A stretch of 64,000 nt of DNA, taken from the NCBI GenBank assembly GCA_963693365.1, contig CAVNZM010000003.1:9127019-9191018 (forward strand). The letters run 5' to 3'. Each line of letters starts with the position of its first letter. Position 1 is the stretch's first letter. Below, one piece after another: positions 29,854 through 41,548 of the stretch. A program made the position numbers and the translations under genes. Under the pieces are notes generated by a model. It was not told where the DNA came from and searched no databases. It worked only from the letters and a program-made list of their open reading frames with translations. The DNA comes from Amoebidium appalachense (Eukaryota; Protista; Ichthyosporea).

Positions 29854-31096
29854 CACACGATGGGTAGCGTGCGAGTTTTGGCAAGGGGCGGAAATAAGAG
29901 GTCACGGGGGGTGGACGGGTGGAGGAAGGGAATGAGGGCGCAGATGGGGGATGTATGACTAGTGACCCCGCGCCGGGGGGGGGGGGGGGGGGGGGGGGTT
30001 GTGTGTCTTGGGTTTTACGTAAAGGGTTAGGTGAATACGGGCAGGCAAGATTCTCTTGAAAGGAGTAAAGGAAAAAAAGATAGGAGAGCGAGTTGGAAAT
30101 GTAAGGTGATTATTTTGTTCATGTTGCAGAACAACAAGGAATGCATGGTAGTGCCACGATACGTGTTCCCTCAGAATGGATTTGTGGTGTGAAGGTGTCG
30201 AATATAGAAGCACATTCCTTTCCGTCTTTGTGTTTGTTTTCACCACCCTTTCTCGTAGCTCTCACGTCAAGAAAAAAGGGCAGGTTCGCTAGGTATGTGG
30301 TGTGTATATGACAAGCTTATTATTGATCTTTTAAAGGTTGATTTTTAACGTGGTGGTGACAAGATTATTATTGATCTTTTAAAGGTTGATTTTTATCGTG
30401 GTGGTGGTGGTGGGGGATGGATGGGTGGGTGGGTGGTGGTTGTGGTGGTGATGGTGGTGGTGGGTGGGTTGGGGGGGATTTGAATAATTACCATAGGGGC
30501 CGGCAGCTGTCTCTCCCACGTAGCCCCCGGGGGCGGTCTCTGACGACTGGGGGATGGTCTCTGTACCGTAGCTGCTTGTGCGTTGGACGGAGGGGTCCTC
30601 GGTGATGGTGGGCATTAGGGGGTCGGCATAGGAGGACTCCTCCCCGTACCTCTGTGAGGAAAAGAAATTGTGTGAGAGTGTGAAGCGTAGAAGAGGAAAT
30701 GAAAGTGAGTTAAGCTTGTTGTCTTTGTGATTTCATATTTGCCTCCTTTTTTCTTGTTCTTCAAGAACGATGAAACCAGGGCAAAATCAAAATCTCCGTA
30801 ATCGCAATCAGTGCAATTTTGTCTTGTGCACACAATTTACAACCCTCTTGCACTTCTCAATAAATCCCAAATCCCAAACCACTGCGAAATTTGGCACAAA
30901 CCTATACTGTTCCGGCCAACTTGGAATAGTAGTGCTTGAATGCAAAAGAAGAAGGCGGAACCCCAAAAGAAAAGGAGGGGGAGGGCGGAGAAAGTAGAAA
31001 AAGTGATGTGATAGACTCGTTTGTGTGCACGTATTTTCTTACCTCCACGCCCGTGCGTCCTGTAGGCACCGACGGTACTTCTTCACGTTCGGCCAT
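22268..31096 (-). CDS. PACSIN: PACSIN/syndapin-like F-BAR protein, 12 exons, no SH3 domain
   Basis: Phase-consistent exons: 31096-31043, 30651-30492, 29656-29478, 28623-28555, 27792-27610, 26983-26864, 26298-26221, 25642-25595, 24906-24778, 24136-24024, 23173-22971, 22665-22268. Motifs ERAEIERSYSGRLDSWARKW, AQAPWSK..KAYH, PKYIDDIQ and EQDL..DWPSYREW parallel the PACSIN F-BAR motifs ERAKIEKAY..WAKRW, AQKPWAK..KAYH, PQYMENME and EDL..NWPQFEEW. Confidence 0.85.
26288..26472. repeat. 92-bp tandem duplication spanning a splice acceptor
   Basis: CTCCACGGTGCCTATTAGG...AAGTAATATCC is present twice, offset by 92 nt. Confidence 0.9.
30309..30410. repeat. ~48-bp intronic direct duplication
   Basis: GACAAG(C/A)TTATTATTGATCTTTTAAAGGTTGATTTTTA(A/T)CGTGGTGGTG occurs twice. 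Confidence 0.85.
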
Positions 31097-31989
31097 GTTC
31101 GCCTATTCTTCACAAAACAGAGTCTACAATTCAGCAGAGGTGGTTGTGTTGAAAAAATCGCTTGACAGCACAGCTAGACAGGAAAAATCTAAGTGTCTGC
31201 GTATTTTGGGATGCATTTTATACCCCTCACACGCCAGGATTTGTGACAACTGGTGACCTCACCGACTTTGTGTGACGTTTGTGCGAGTGAGCTTTTGAGT
31301 TTTGGTGGACGTAAGCTACTGATATCGCCGGCATATCACCCAACCAGAGCGCGGCGCCCGGGCGGCGTAAGCAAATTTGGATCTTGAATAGATCTATTTG
31401 TTTTCGTGTGCATGTTCGTGCTTGCTTGATTGGCTCACCGCGCATCTGCCCTCATATCCACGCACACCGGACACGCACACAAAGACCTTCCACAAGTACT
31501 GAGGACAAGGGCGTCATTTATTATATACCACTTCTCTCGCTCGTGATAATGGAATTGTGCGTGTGGGGAAAAAACTGAAAATATATGTGACATATAGAAG
31601 GCAAAACTGATTGCAATATACATACAGTGCATATACAGTCCATATGATCGCAAGCTTAAGCTTGCCAAGGCAGATAATAGATAGATCGACGGCCTGCACA
31701 AGAATTCGAACACTGTCAAACGGAAATGTCAGGTAGAGGTTGGCATTGAGTATCATGTGGCATATATAGTGGCCATTGAGTATCATGTAGTGTAGTTTCC
31801 CTTCGCGGAAGACGTCATGCGTAGAACAGGTGGCGTGCTACATGTGACTCATGCACTGCCGGCGGGCCGCGGATGTGTCCCCTCCTCACCTCTCCCCTCT
31901 TTCCTTCCCTCTCTCTCTCCTTCTCCCCCGGGCACAAATACGAATAAACCCCGCAAAAGTGTGCGTGTGACTTTGGACTGCCACTTACC

Positions 31990-32535
31990 TATTAAACATG
32001 TACACAATCACAAGATAATCACGCAATATAATAAATGGAAAAAGTTACCACACGACACTAGACCCGATGAAAGCAGACACCTTGAAAAACTAAGCCTTGT
32101 GTCTCGTTTTATATATAATGACCGCCTTAACCACATTGCCAAATATGGCACTCGCAAATGTATAACACCTAAATACATATTACCTTCCTGTAGGACTGGT
32201 CTTTCTCTAGCTGATGGTATTATTGATCAATTACCACGCTTTTACTGTACACGTGATATATACAGTGGAGATCTAATAAGTATAACGTGGCATCGTTTGC
32301 CATACCCAAACAACACACACACGCACCAGTTTAAACGGTCGTGTATCGCCAAATGTAGTTTGATAGACCACATAATACCGCAACACACACACGTCACACT
32401 CACAACAGACACTCAGAAAGATAGCCTACCTGTAAATTACAACATCCTTGATTTAAATTTATACTAAACACGCGTAAATACGACCTGTTTATTAGATGTA
32501 TTGATTGGCTTGAGAAACACATCATTACAAAATTC
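31990..32535 (+). pseudogene. Degenerate 3' fragment of a non-LTR retrotransposon ORF
   Basis: ILPSCRTGLSLADGII..WHRLP..FKRSCIAKCSLIDHIIP..NILD, then a frameshift to LNTRKYDLF. This parallels the C-terminus of the neighbouring LINE (FNRKHVDRCEFLCRVLP..NTLDFLLN). Confidence 0.5.
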
Positions 32536-32667
32536 AAGCGCACGCACACACGCACACACGCACACACGCACACACGCACACACGCACACACGCACACACG
32601 CACACACGCACACACGCACACACACACACAACCAGCTGATACCGAGTGTCCCAGGGGAGCCTTCCCC

Positions 32668-32698
<31 letters not shown>

Positions 32699-34189
32699 AA
32701 AAAAAAAAAAAACAAAGAAACGGGGAACCCCAACTAATTGATTTTTCTTAGTCTTTATGGTGTCTCGTAGAGAAAGCAAACCCTGATATATAGTCATCAC
32801 CCGACATCTATGTACGTGATCATGACATACCGCTGAGGGGATATTCTTTTTTCTTTTGACTGGATTTATTCAACGGAAAGATATGCAAGTATGCACGGCA
32901 TACGGAGAAGACAATAAAAACTTCACGAGTTATCCAGTAACAAGTGCATACTGAGATACCTGAACACTGTGTGAAAATCATATAAATACTCAATGTGACG
33001 ACCAACAGAATTCAACAAAAAGTCTAAAGTGTTCACATTGCCAGCTAGTGTAGCAGATACCCGGAGGGAAAGAGGTAAAACGCGGCATAAAAATTCACAC
33101 CTATCAACATGCTTGCGATTAAAAAGGTCAGCACAAAAGTGGCACCAGCGGCGATGAAAACAAGAATTACAGCGCCACTGCACAACTTCCCAGGCAATAT
33201 CAACATCAGAGCACCATACAGACTTATCTACTAGGGTGGTATCCATACGTACAGCGCAGGAGAAATGTATCCTGCCAAAGCTCCCAAAAAGCGATAATGA
33301 TCAGTACGGTGGTGCCTAAGGAACATAACACATGCCGACTGAGTTTTACCTTTGATTTCTCTATCAGAACGAGAAAGAAACTTATACTGCGTATGGTAAT
33401 AACGCGAAAAGGCAGAAAAAACAGGAAGAGAAAAGAAAGAGGGAGTGAGATAGCGAGAGGAAGAATCAGGTGGAAAGAGGGTAGGCTGAGGACATTCAGA
33501 AGTAGCGTTGGTGAATGGGGGGGGAAGAGGGATGGAGGGAGGGGGGGAAAGAAAGCATAAAGAGGGTGACCATCAGGTAGCCTAACTAAATGAAAACAAA
33601 AACGAAGAGACAATTCCTCCATACGACAAACAGCAGACGACAATCCAAACATACTGATTAAGGGAGGCACAAACCGAGTACGAAACAAAGTGCGTAGCGC
33701 AGTACCCTGAAAATCGTCGAACTCGTTCAGCGCCATTGCCGCCTCGCGAGGTGGGGCGCAGGCCAATAACGGAAGTCCATATTCGAAAGTCGGCCGTAAA
33801 AAAGTTTTATAGTAGAGAAGAACGTTCGCAGGATGGATCACAGACTCCTGTTGAAACATATTTGACACGATGTGAAGCTTACCCTTCGCACGAGCGATCC
33901 GTGCCGTGAGGAGCTTGCGGAAATCAATACCCCGTGCAGTAAAAGGAATACCCAAATAGTCATAGGTGCTCTGAACAGGAATAGGAAGGCCGGCCAATCG
34001 AAAGGAAGTGTTCTTCGAAAAGGTTTTATTTGTGGAAATTATTGACATAAATATTTTTCTGGGTAAACACGTAGGATGGGTGTCCGATATCAACAGGCTT
34101 CGTTTCATGTTTTAGCAGTTCGCGTTCGGCTGCCCGCATACGGGCACCTATTAGCCGATCAAAGCATCAGATTCCACAGATCACTAGAC

Positions 34190-34275
34190 CGAGTTTGATT
34201 GGCTCAGGATAAGATTTCACATAACACTAGATCGGTTTTGATTGGCTCAGTTCGGCAGCCTTAGGTATATAAGCA
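34190..34275 (+). promoter_or_regulatory. Probable promoter inside repeat A: two inverted CCAAT boxes and a TATA box
   Basis: TGATTGGCTCAG occurs twice, followed by TATATAAG at 34266-34273, ~125 nt before the gag ATG at 34393. The same arrangement is repeated in A2. Confidence 0.6.
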
Positions 34276-34392
34276 CGACAGTTTTTAGCAGATCAGCAAG
34301 CAACAACACATCCTCTGTGTTTAGCACCTACAGCTTTACAGCTATATTTTCTTTTTCTTTTCTTCTCCCTATCTTTCCCTACGCCGGTCAGC

Positions 34393-34952
34393 ATGCCGCC
34401 GAAAAAGCGCCAGGCCTCAGCCGCCGCCCCTACCGCGGCACCTAAGCGCCTAACCCGCAGCGACCTCCGCCACAGGCTGACCAACGCATCACTCGCCTCA
34501 GCACCCGATACCCGTGGACCCAGATCCACAACTATGACGTATACGCCCGAACCGTTGCCCACCAACAGGGTCGGGCTCCGATCGAGTGTCCCAACCTGCT
34601 CGCCCAACTCCACCAGGATCTCCTCCTGCCACCCACTCTGCTCATCCCGGACGCATGTCAGCGTTGCGGCTTCCCCGACCACCCCAGCGCGGCCTGCCCC
34701 ATGTACCCCAAGCCCGGCTGTGGTCTTGATGGTTTCGAGCCCCCCCACAAGCCCGGCGGGGGACAAACCCCCAACCGACCCGGCCCGCAACCCGGCCCGG
34801 CACCACCGGCCCGACCCGTGGATCTACCCGCAACACACTGCAGGAATTTCCACAACGGTCGGTCCTGCGCTAAGCAGCCCTGCCCCTTCTCCCACGTGTG
34901 CCCGCTCTGCTCTGGCACACACCCCCGCAAAGACTGCAAGCACAATGCCTAG
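34393..34952 (+). pseudogene. Gag-like ORF1 of the YR element, frameshifted or internally deleted
   Basis: Starts MPPKKRQ, shifts frame near 34470 to ITRLSTRYPWTQIHNYDVYAR. Contains the CCHC knuckle CQRCGFPDHPSAAC and the terminal finger CRNFHNGRSCAKQPCPFSHVCPLCSGTHPRKDC. Confidence 0.7.
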
Positions 34953-35331
34953 TCTACGCGCACACCCACACCCACAGATAGAACATAGGGGCTAGGAGCT
35001 AGGTTACACGGGTCCAAGGACACGGAGCTCGGGAAAAACGGGGCACTAGGGCTGAGTAACATTTTTCGCAGGCCAACTACGGCGCCCGCGCGCGCCAAGA
35101 ATAAATGTCCCTACACAAAGACGTTATTCTGGCCACTGCACATAAATTTACTCCCCCCCCCATCCCACGAGCCTCCCCCCCTTACACTCACCTAGCGCTC
35201 CCTCCCTTCTTCTAACTCTGTGTACGCCCACACCCGCGCGTGCTCGGGCATCCCCTGCACAGGGCCCCGCTGCCCTCCCTGCAAACCCTCCCTCGGGCCC
35301 AGCTGCCCTACTCTAACCCCCCGGGGCCCTG

Positions 35332-35390
<59 letters not shown>

Positions 35391-35765
35391 ATGCCGGGAT
35401 CTCCCCGAGGGTGCCCCACCCTTGCTAACCACCCCTTCCCCCGAGGCTCAGCCCCGGTGGCCCGCCCGCTGCCCCAGCACCACGTTGACACCTCCCGCCT
35501 CTGGGAGCTGCTGGCCCCCCTACCCAGCCCAATCATTCGCCGCGCAGCTCCTCCGTAACCAACTTCCCCGGACCCGACGACTCCGACCTTACCTGCAACC
35601 GGAGCCCTGCCCCTTCCCCTTCTGGGTCCACAAGTTCCTATCCCTTCCCCTGGGCTCACCCCCCCCCCCCCCCCCCCCAGATCTCCCCTTCCGGAGCAAC
35701 GCTGGCCGATTGGCCCCCCACTTTGCTCCGGCCGAGCTGCTTCGTGCCACCACTACCCTGCAGGA

Positions 35766-36755
35766 ATGCCAGGCCCTGAGTCTCAACCTCGACTCTCGGG
35801 CCTTTTACTCCAGGGTACAAAAAAAAAAAAAAAAAAAGTGTTCATCGATTTTTGTGTGGCATCTCGGCTGCAATCCTCCGCCGGGTCCTCCCTCCCGGCC
35901 TCCCCCCACACCGTGCAGCTTTTTCTCGCCTGGTGTGCCCAACGAGGGGTACAGGCCTCTTCCTTGGCCGGCTACAATTCAGCCATCACCAGACTCCACC
36001 TCGACATGGGCCTCCCTGCTCCCTACCCCCACGACAAGTCTCTGGCCTGGTTCTTCCGAGGGGTGGGCAGATGGCAGCTTTCTCACAACATCCGACCCCG
36101 ATCATCCACCAGGGAGCCCCTCCTGCCCTCCCACCTTAGCCTACTCCATGGCCAGTGCCCCACCAAGGCCTCCTCGGCTAATCTACGGCTATGGACGGCC
36201 CTCATCGTCGGTTTCTGTGGTCTCCTCCGTTCGGGGGAATTTACCTCCAAAACCCTGACTTCCTTTGACCCGTCCCGTCACGTTAAACGGAAAGACGTGA
36301 CCTTCACCTACACCCCCACCGGTACTTTGTCCCATGCCACCCTCCACCTGCCAACCTCTAAGACGGATGTACAGGCCCGAGGTGTCAACGTCACTCTAGC
36401 TGCCCTGCCCCTCACCCACTTCTCCCCAGCCCATCTCCTCCGGCAGTTCCTGGATACAACGTCCGGTCAACCCAACGACCCCCTCTTCAGTCTCGGTGGC
36501 ATCCCCTACACCAAGAGTGCTTTCTCTGCCGACTTCCGTGCCCTCCTCTCCCGGGCAGGCCTCTCACCCTCCCGGTTTGCCGGACACAGCCTCCGCATCG
36601 GGGGGCCCACAGCACTGGCTGAGGCCGGGGTCGACGACTCCCGGATCAAACAACTCGGCAGGTGGTCCTCCGACTGTTTCCTGATCTATACCCGACTTCG
36701 TCCGGCCTCCATTGCTGCCACTACCACACGTGTATTCGCCTCTATTCTTAAGTGA
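35766..36755 (+). CDS. Tyrosine recombinase (DIRS/Ngaro-type); N-terminus offset by a poly-A run
   Basis: Complete catalytic set: R (LLRSGE), K (SKTD), HxLR (GHSLRIGG), W (LGRWSS), Y (FLIY). The upstream segment LSLNLDSRAFYSRVQK is in another frame across the A-run at 35819-35837. Confidence 0.88.
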   Translation: MPGPESQPRLSGLLLQGTKKKKKKVFIDFCVASRLQSSAGSSLPASPHTVQLFLAWCAQRGVQASSLAGYNSAITRLHLDMGLPAPYPHDKSLAWFFRGVGRWQLSHNIRPRSSTREPLLPSHLSLLHGQCPTKASSANLRLWTALIVGFCGLLRSGEFTSKTLTSFDPSRHVKRKDVTFTYTPTGTLSHATLHLPTSKTDVQARGVNVTLAALPLTHFSPAHLLRQFLDTTSGQPNDPLFSLGGIPYTKSAFSADFRALLSRAGLSPSRFAGHSLRIGGPTALAEAGVDDSRIKQLGRWSSDCFLIYTRLRPASIAATTTRVFASILK

Positions 36756-39604
36756 AACCTTTGGAGCAAGCATACTGCTCTCGTGCCGTGGTTTACAACC
36801 ATTGCAGGTTCACTTTCGTCCAAGGGGATGTCCCCCTAGAGGCAACACACGTCCCGGAGTAGTTTTCATAGAGGTTTTATTTGTGGAAATTATTGACATA
36901 AATATTTTTCTGGGTAAACACGTAGGATGGGTGTCCGATATCAACAGGCTTCGTTTCATGTTTTAGCAGTTCGCGTTCGGCTGCCCGCATACGGGCACCT
37001 ATTAGCCGATCAAAGCATCAGATTCCACAGATCACTAGACCGAGTTTGATTGGCTCAGGATAAGATTTCACATAACACTAGATCGGTTTTGATTGGCTCA
37101 GTTCGGCAGCCTTAGGTATATAAGCACGACAGTTTTTAGCAGATCAGCAAGCAACAACACATCCTCTGTGTTTAGCACCTACAGCTTTACAGCTATATTT
37201 TCTTTTTCACCCACCCACCTACACCCTACACTCAACCCCCATTGATCCCCACATACGTGCTGTTTTTTCACGGGGCGAAGACTTCCCCCGTTTTTTGGGC
37301 ACAAGGACCTCACGGATCAATAAATTGATGACTGGGGGCTTGCCGTGGTTTACAACCATTGCAGGTTCACTTTCGTCCAAGGGGATGTCCCCCTAGAGGC
37401 AACACACGTCCCGGAGTAGTTTTCATAGAAGTAGCACACTTTGCAATTCCGACTGTCATGAGATTCTCGGTGCACCATTGATCCACCTGACGAAGCATCT
37501 GGTGCATGACATCTTCGGTTAAGGAACAAAGAACAATATCGTCCGCATATTCCGAGCAAAAACCCCCCATACCTGAGACTGGTCTCTCTTTGCCTCGAGT
37601 AAACAGCGTAAACCCCTCATGCATATCGCGTGGAATGGGACATTTCAGCCATATGTGGAACCTCCATGCACCGTGAGAGCTCTGCTCAGTGGCATATGCC
37701 GATATGCATGTTGCCACATGTGCGTCAGGCAAAAATGGTCGAGTGCAGTCAAATTAATCATGGCCAGAAACCTGAGCCCGGCCCATAAAAGACTCGGACT
37801 CGAGCTCGTTTTAAGTTGGACTACAAAGACATGTACATAAAGCCTCGACGGTCCACCGGTCTGGCCGCTACCTAGAAGCCATCACCCCAGACCACGTCAA
37901 GCAGCACCACCAATTTGTTATCATCCAGCCGCAAGACATGACGTCATGAACAGCACCGGCCCTCTGACGTCGACGGCGCGCCGCTTGGGCATCCCAGCCC
38001 AACGTTCAAGTGGGAGACCAATCCGAGTCACCGGCCACGGTTTGGGTCAGCGTCCTGGGCATGGGGTCTTCCCCTTTCAAGTCTTTATGTTTGTGTATGT
38101 GTCCCGGGTCGCTCCCGGCTGGTGTTGTTAAAGTGAGCTGTGCTCACTTCCCCACTAGCGTTGCTGCGGCTAGAACCGTGGGATAAGGCGTAACTAAAAA
38201 TAGTGCCAGTTGGGGTCAATTAGAATCCTGACTTATGAGTGTGCTATACAGTACGATCTGTGTCTAGACGTCTAGGCGGAAGACGGTAAGCTCCCCTGAG
38301 GCAGTGCCTCGCCGGGAGTGAAAAGGGATATTAAAAAAAAAAAAGGGCATGTACAAACATCAAGCCCTCATAATTAGCCGACGGTGTGCTATTTAGGGGC
38401 GTTGGTAGACGTTGGTAGACACTGCTACAGATAATGTACATCCACGCTTCGAATTCGTGCACATATGTACCGACCGTCGCGCATGGACGCCGCAAAAACA
38501 AGAGGAGTCAGTGTTTACATAGCAAGATGCTTTCGATTGGCTGTCGATCCGAGGGTCAGATGGGCCAGATGACGGTTATGAGACTCTGCATGGACTCTGG
38601 GGCCATGCATATGCTCATTTGCACCTCGACAGTATTAATATTACCCTAAAAAGGTTCATAACATGTTTGTTTGCTTTTTTGTCATCTGAGAATATTCTCG
38701 TAGCATCAATTCTAGGGCTAACGCGTTTTATTGTCATTCGAATCTTGTATACACCAATCAAATGTAACCTGGATCTATCGCTTAGATTCGCTACATGTCA
38801 TGCGAGCTTCGAGGCATGTCTTGATGCCATCCTTTCCGTTGCCTGCTTGCGGGTCTGCTACAAAGAAAATAGCGCTGTTGTACACAGACAGACAGACAGA
38901 CAGCTGCAGAGTTGCGGTTTGTAGCTGTAAGGTCGATTAGGCTCTGCGTTTTCTTACTGTCGACGCTTCTAGTCTAGCCTGCCGCGTGACCACGTTTTGC
39001 AGTCCTGCCTGTAAACTGCATCTATAAGCTGCTGTCCTGCAAAAGCATTAATTCGGGTATTTCCAGGCATTTCACGCTTTTGTCGACTAAAACAGTGGGG
39101 CGGTATCATTAGCCTTAGAGTCGGGCACCCCCTAACACGGTGCAACGGTTATGGAAGAGGGCTTATCGGTTGTTTGCACGGCGTACCGTATTTTTGCCTT
39201 TGCCCTGGCATATACATCGTACACCCTGTTTGAGGAGGTCCGTTACTGTTTTGGCTTGGAGCCACTGTCGGAAGAGAGTAGGAAGAGGTCCGCAAAACTC
39301 TATTCGACACCGACAGTGGCATGATGCTCCTGCTTTGGGACGTCCTTAGGCCGATGTTCGCAGTTTTTGCTAAGAAGCTGGATGACATGTATACGTATGC
39401 AGTCCCCCTTTTATTTATACGTATTCATTTTTTCGATTTCTGGTGTCATGTGTTTGGACTCGAAAAACTAAAGATGTAGGTGCGTGTGTGTGTGCATGAG
39501 CGCATGCACGAGTGTGTGTGTGCGTGTGTGTGTGCGTGTGCGTGTGCGTGTGCGTGTGCGTGTGCGTGTGTGTGTGCATGAGCGCTTGCACGAGTGTGTG
39601 TGTG

Positions 39605-39655
<51 letters not shown>

Positions 39656-40201
39656 GTGCGTGTGCGTGTGCGTGTGCGTGTGCTTGTGCGCGCGCGCGCG
39701 TGTGTGTTGTCTTCGTGTGTGTTTGTGTGGGTGGCAAAGTTCCACGTTTGATCTTACTGAGGGATTTTCCAACTGCATGCCCACAACGACAACACAAACC
39801 CGCGTTGCGAGCTTTCTTTATTGGTATACTCCCCCCCCCCCCCTCTCCCTCCCTCCCCTGTCAACTGTACCCCGTGACCCATGTTATTTGCATCACTCTT
39901 ATTTCAAATACTCGTACTTGCACACATTCCTAAAGCCTTTTCCCCACCTTTATTCTGTTCCCTCTGGACTGTGTGCCACCATACATGCCCCTTATTTCAA
40001 AAATTGAGGGATCTCAAGCATTTTCCCTCTCGGTATGATGATCCGTGGTTTTCCAGCAATTGATTCTTGAGGATTGCTTAGAAATATTTCACTTGTTGTA
40101 GGCTTGCTTCTAGGAGCAACAAGCAGATGATGGATTGGGGTGAGTAGGGTTGGTGGTTTTCATAGCCCTCGTGCATAGCTGCATCTTTATCGTCCCCCCC
40201 C

Positions 40202-40257
<56 letters not shown>

Positions 40258-40287
40258 ATCCTCCCTCTCTCCCCCGCACTTCCTCTT

Positions 40288-40410
<123 letters not shown>

Positions 40411-40976
40411 CATCTGTCCCTTCCCCTCCCATCTATCCTCCCCCTTCACTTCACCCCCCCCCCCCCCCACACACACACACCCCAACCTCCCCCCCCCCCC
40501 TTCTCTCCCCCCCCCCCCAGTTCTCTCTAAACCCCCTTCTCTCCCCGTCCTCTCCCCCCGCACCCCACTCTCTCTTCCCCCCCCCCCCCCCCCCCCCGTT
40601 TTCCCTTCTCTATGCTTTAACCCCCATCCCACCCACCCATCCACCTACCCACCCACCCACCCACCACACACACACACACTTGAGCCCCATCTGCTTTTCT
40701 TTTGATGCATACTGTACTGTGTGTGCTTTGCCTTGCATTGTGTTTTTCGCCATGAATGTGTACTTCACACTCTGTTACACATCCTACACCCCTCTTCCCC
40801 TGTGGGTCTATTTCCTGCATTCTAATTAGTACATTCAACATTTTCATCACTCACTGACCCCATGCCTTTGTAATTTTGCCTCTTTATTTTTCCATCGCAC
40901 TTTCCTGTTCTAGTTTCACCATCACACTTCACGAATCCTCCCTCGTTCACCTCCACTATCTCGGCCTTTATTGACG

Positions 40977-41058
<82 letters not shown>

Positions 41059-41098
41059 CTCCACCCCCCCCTCACCCTCTCTTCCCCCCCTCCCCCCC

Positions 41099-41144
<46 letters not shown>

Positions 41145-41489
41145 AACCTTTTTCGCCGTCCCCTCTTCCCCATTTTGAGCTTCTATATCCCACATGCCCC
41201 TTTTTTCTCTTTGCCCTTACGCTCACGGAAGGCTGTTTTCTTTTTTTTGCTTTTGTATTTAATGCACTCTGGCAATCCCCCTTTTGAGACTGTGGCTGAG
41301 TTTCCTCCATTAGCCCCAATCGGTAATATTCCTTCAGGGTAGGCACGTGACCTCCACCTTACCCTCCCCCTCCCCTCCCCTTCCCCCTTCCCCTTCCCCC
41401 CCCCCCCCCCCCCTGCGTGCCCACAATACAAACCGTATTATCTGTTCGTGTGTGTGTGTGTGTGTGCGTGTGCGTGTGTGTGTGTATGA

Positions 41490-41548
<59 letters not shown>

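Larger units (their letters stand above)
34021..37429 (+). mobile_element. Non-autonomous tyrosine-recombinase retrotransposon (Ngaro/PAT-type split direct repeats) lacking RT/RNase H
   Basis: A1 34021-34357 = A2 36872-37208 (337 bp). B1 36784-36872 = B2 37341-37429 (89 bp). Both pairs appear identical by eye. Order is A1-gag-YR-B1-A2-spacer-B2, and there is no TSD. Confidence 0.92.
32847..37546 (-). mobile_element. 5'-truncated non-LTR retrotransposon (LINE), interrupted by a YR element
   Basis: RT motifs YADDIVL..VDQWCTENLMTVGIAKC (~37549-37437) and YDYLGIPF..YKTFLRPTFEYG (~33965-33778). C-terminal CHFC..H..C finger in a shifted frame (32923-33246). AATAAA and an A-rich tail at ~32847-32870. 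ATATTC is duplicated at 32841-32846 and 37547-37552. Confidence 0.9.
32784..37619. mobile_element. Second copy of the ~134-bp element, split by a LINE insertion
   Basis: Left part 32784-32846 and right part 37547-37619 together match 20007-20140. Confidence 0.8.

Noticed and set aside
33224-34108. 294-aa ORF as a standalone gene
   Set aside because: It is chimeric: the N-terminus is antisense read-through of repeat A1 and the rest is the LINE RT fragment.
31805-38285. 10-mer GCGGAAGACG at 31805 and 38276 as the TSD of one large element
   Set aside because: No terminal repeats or other boundary evidence; it could be chance.
38292-38328. Hammerhead ribozyme (CTGA...GAAA)
   Set aside because: The core reads CUGAGGC rather than CUGANGA and the stem topology does not fit.
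40822-41431. Possible minus-strand exons (MPTLKEYYRLG...)
   Set aside because: Interrupted by microsatellites, with no domain signal or consistent splice sites.
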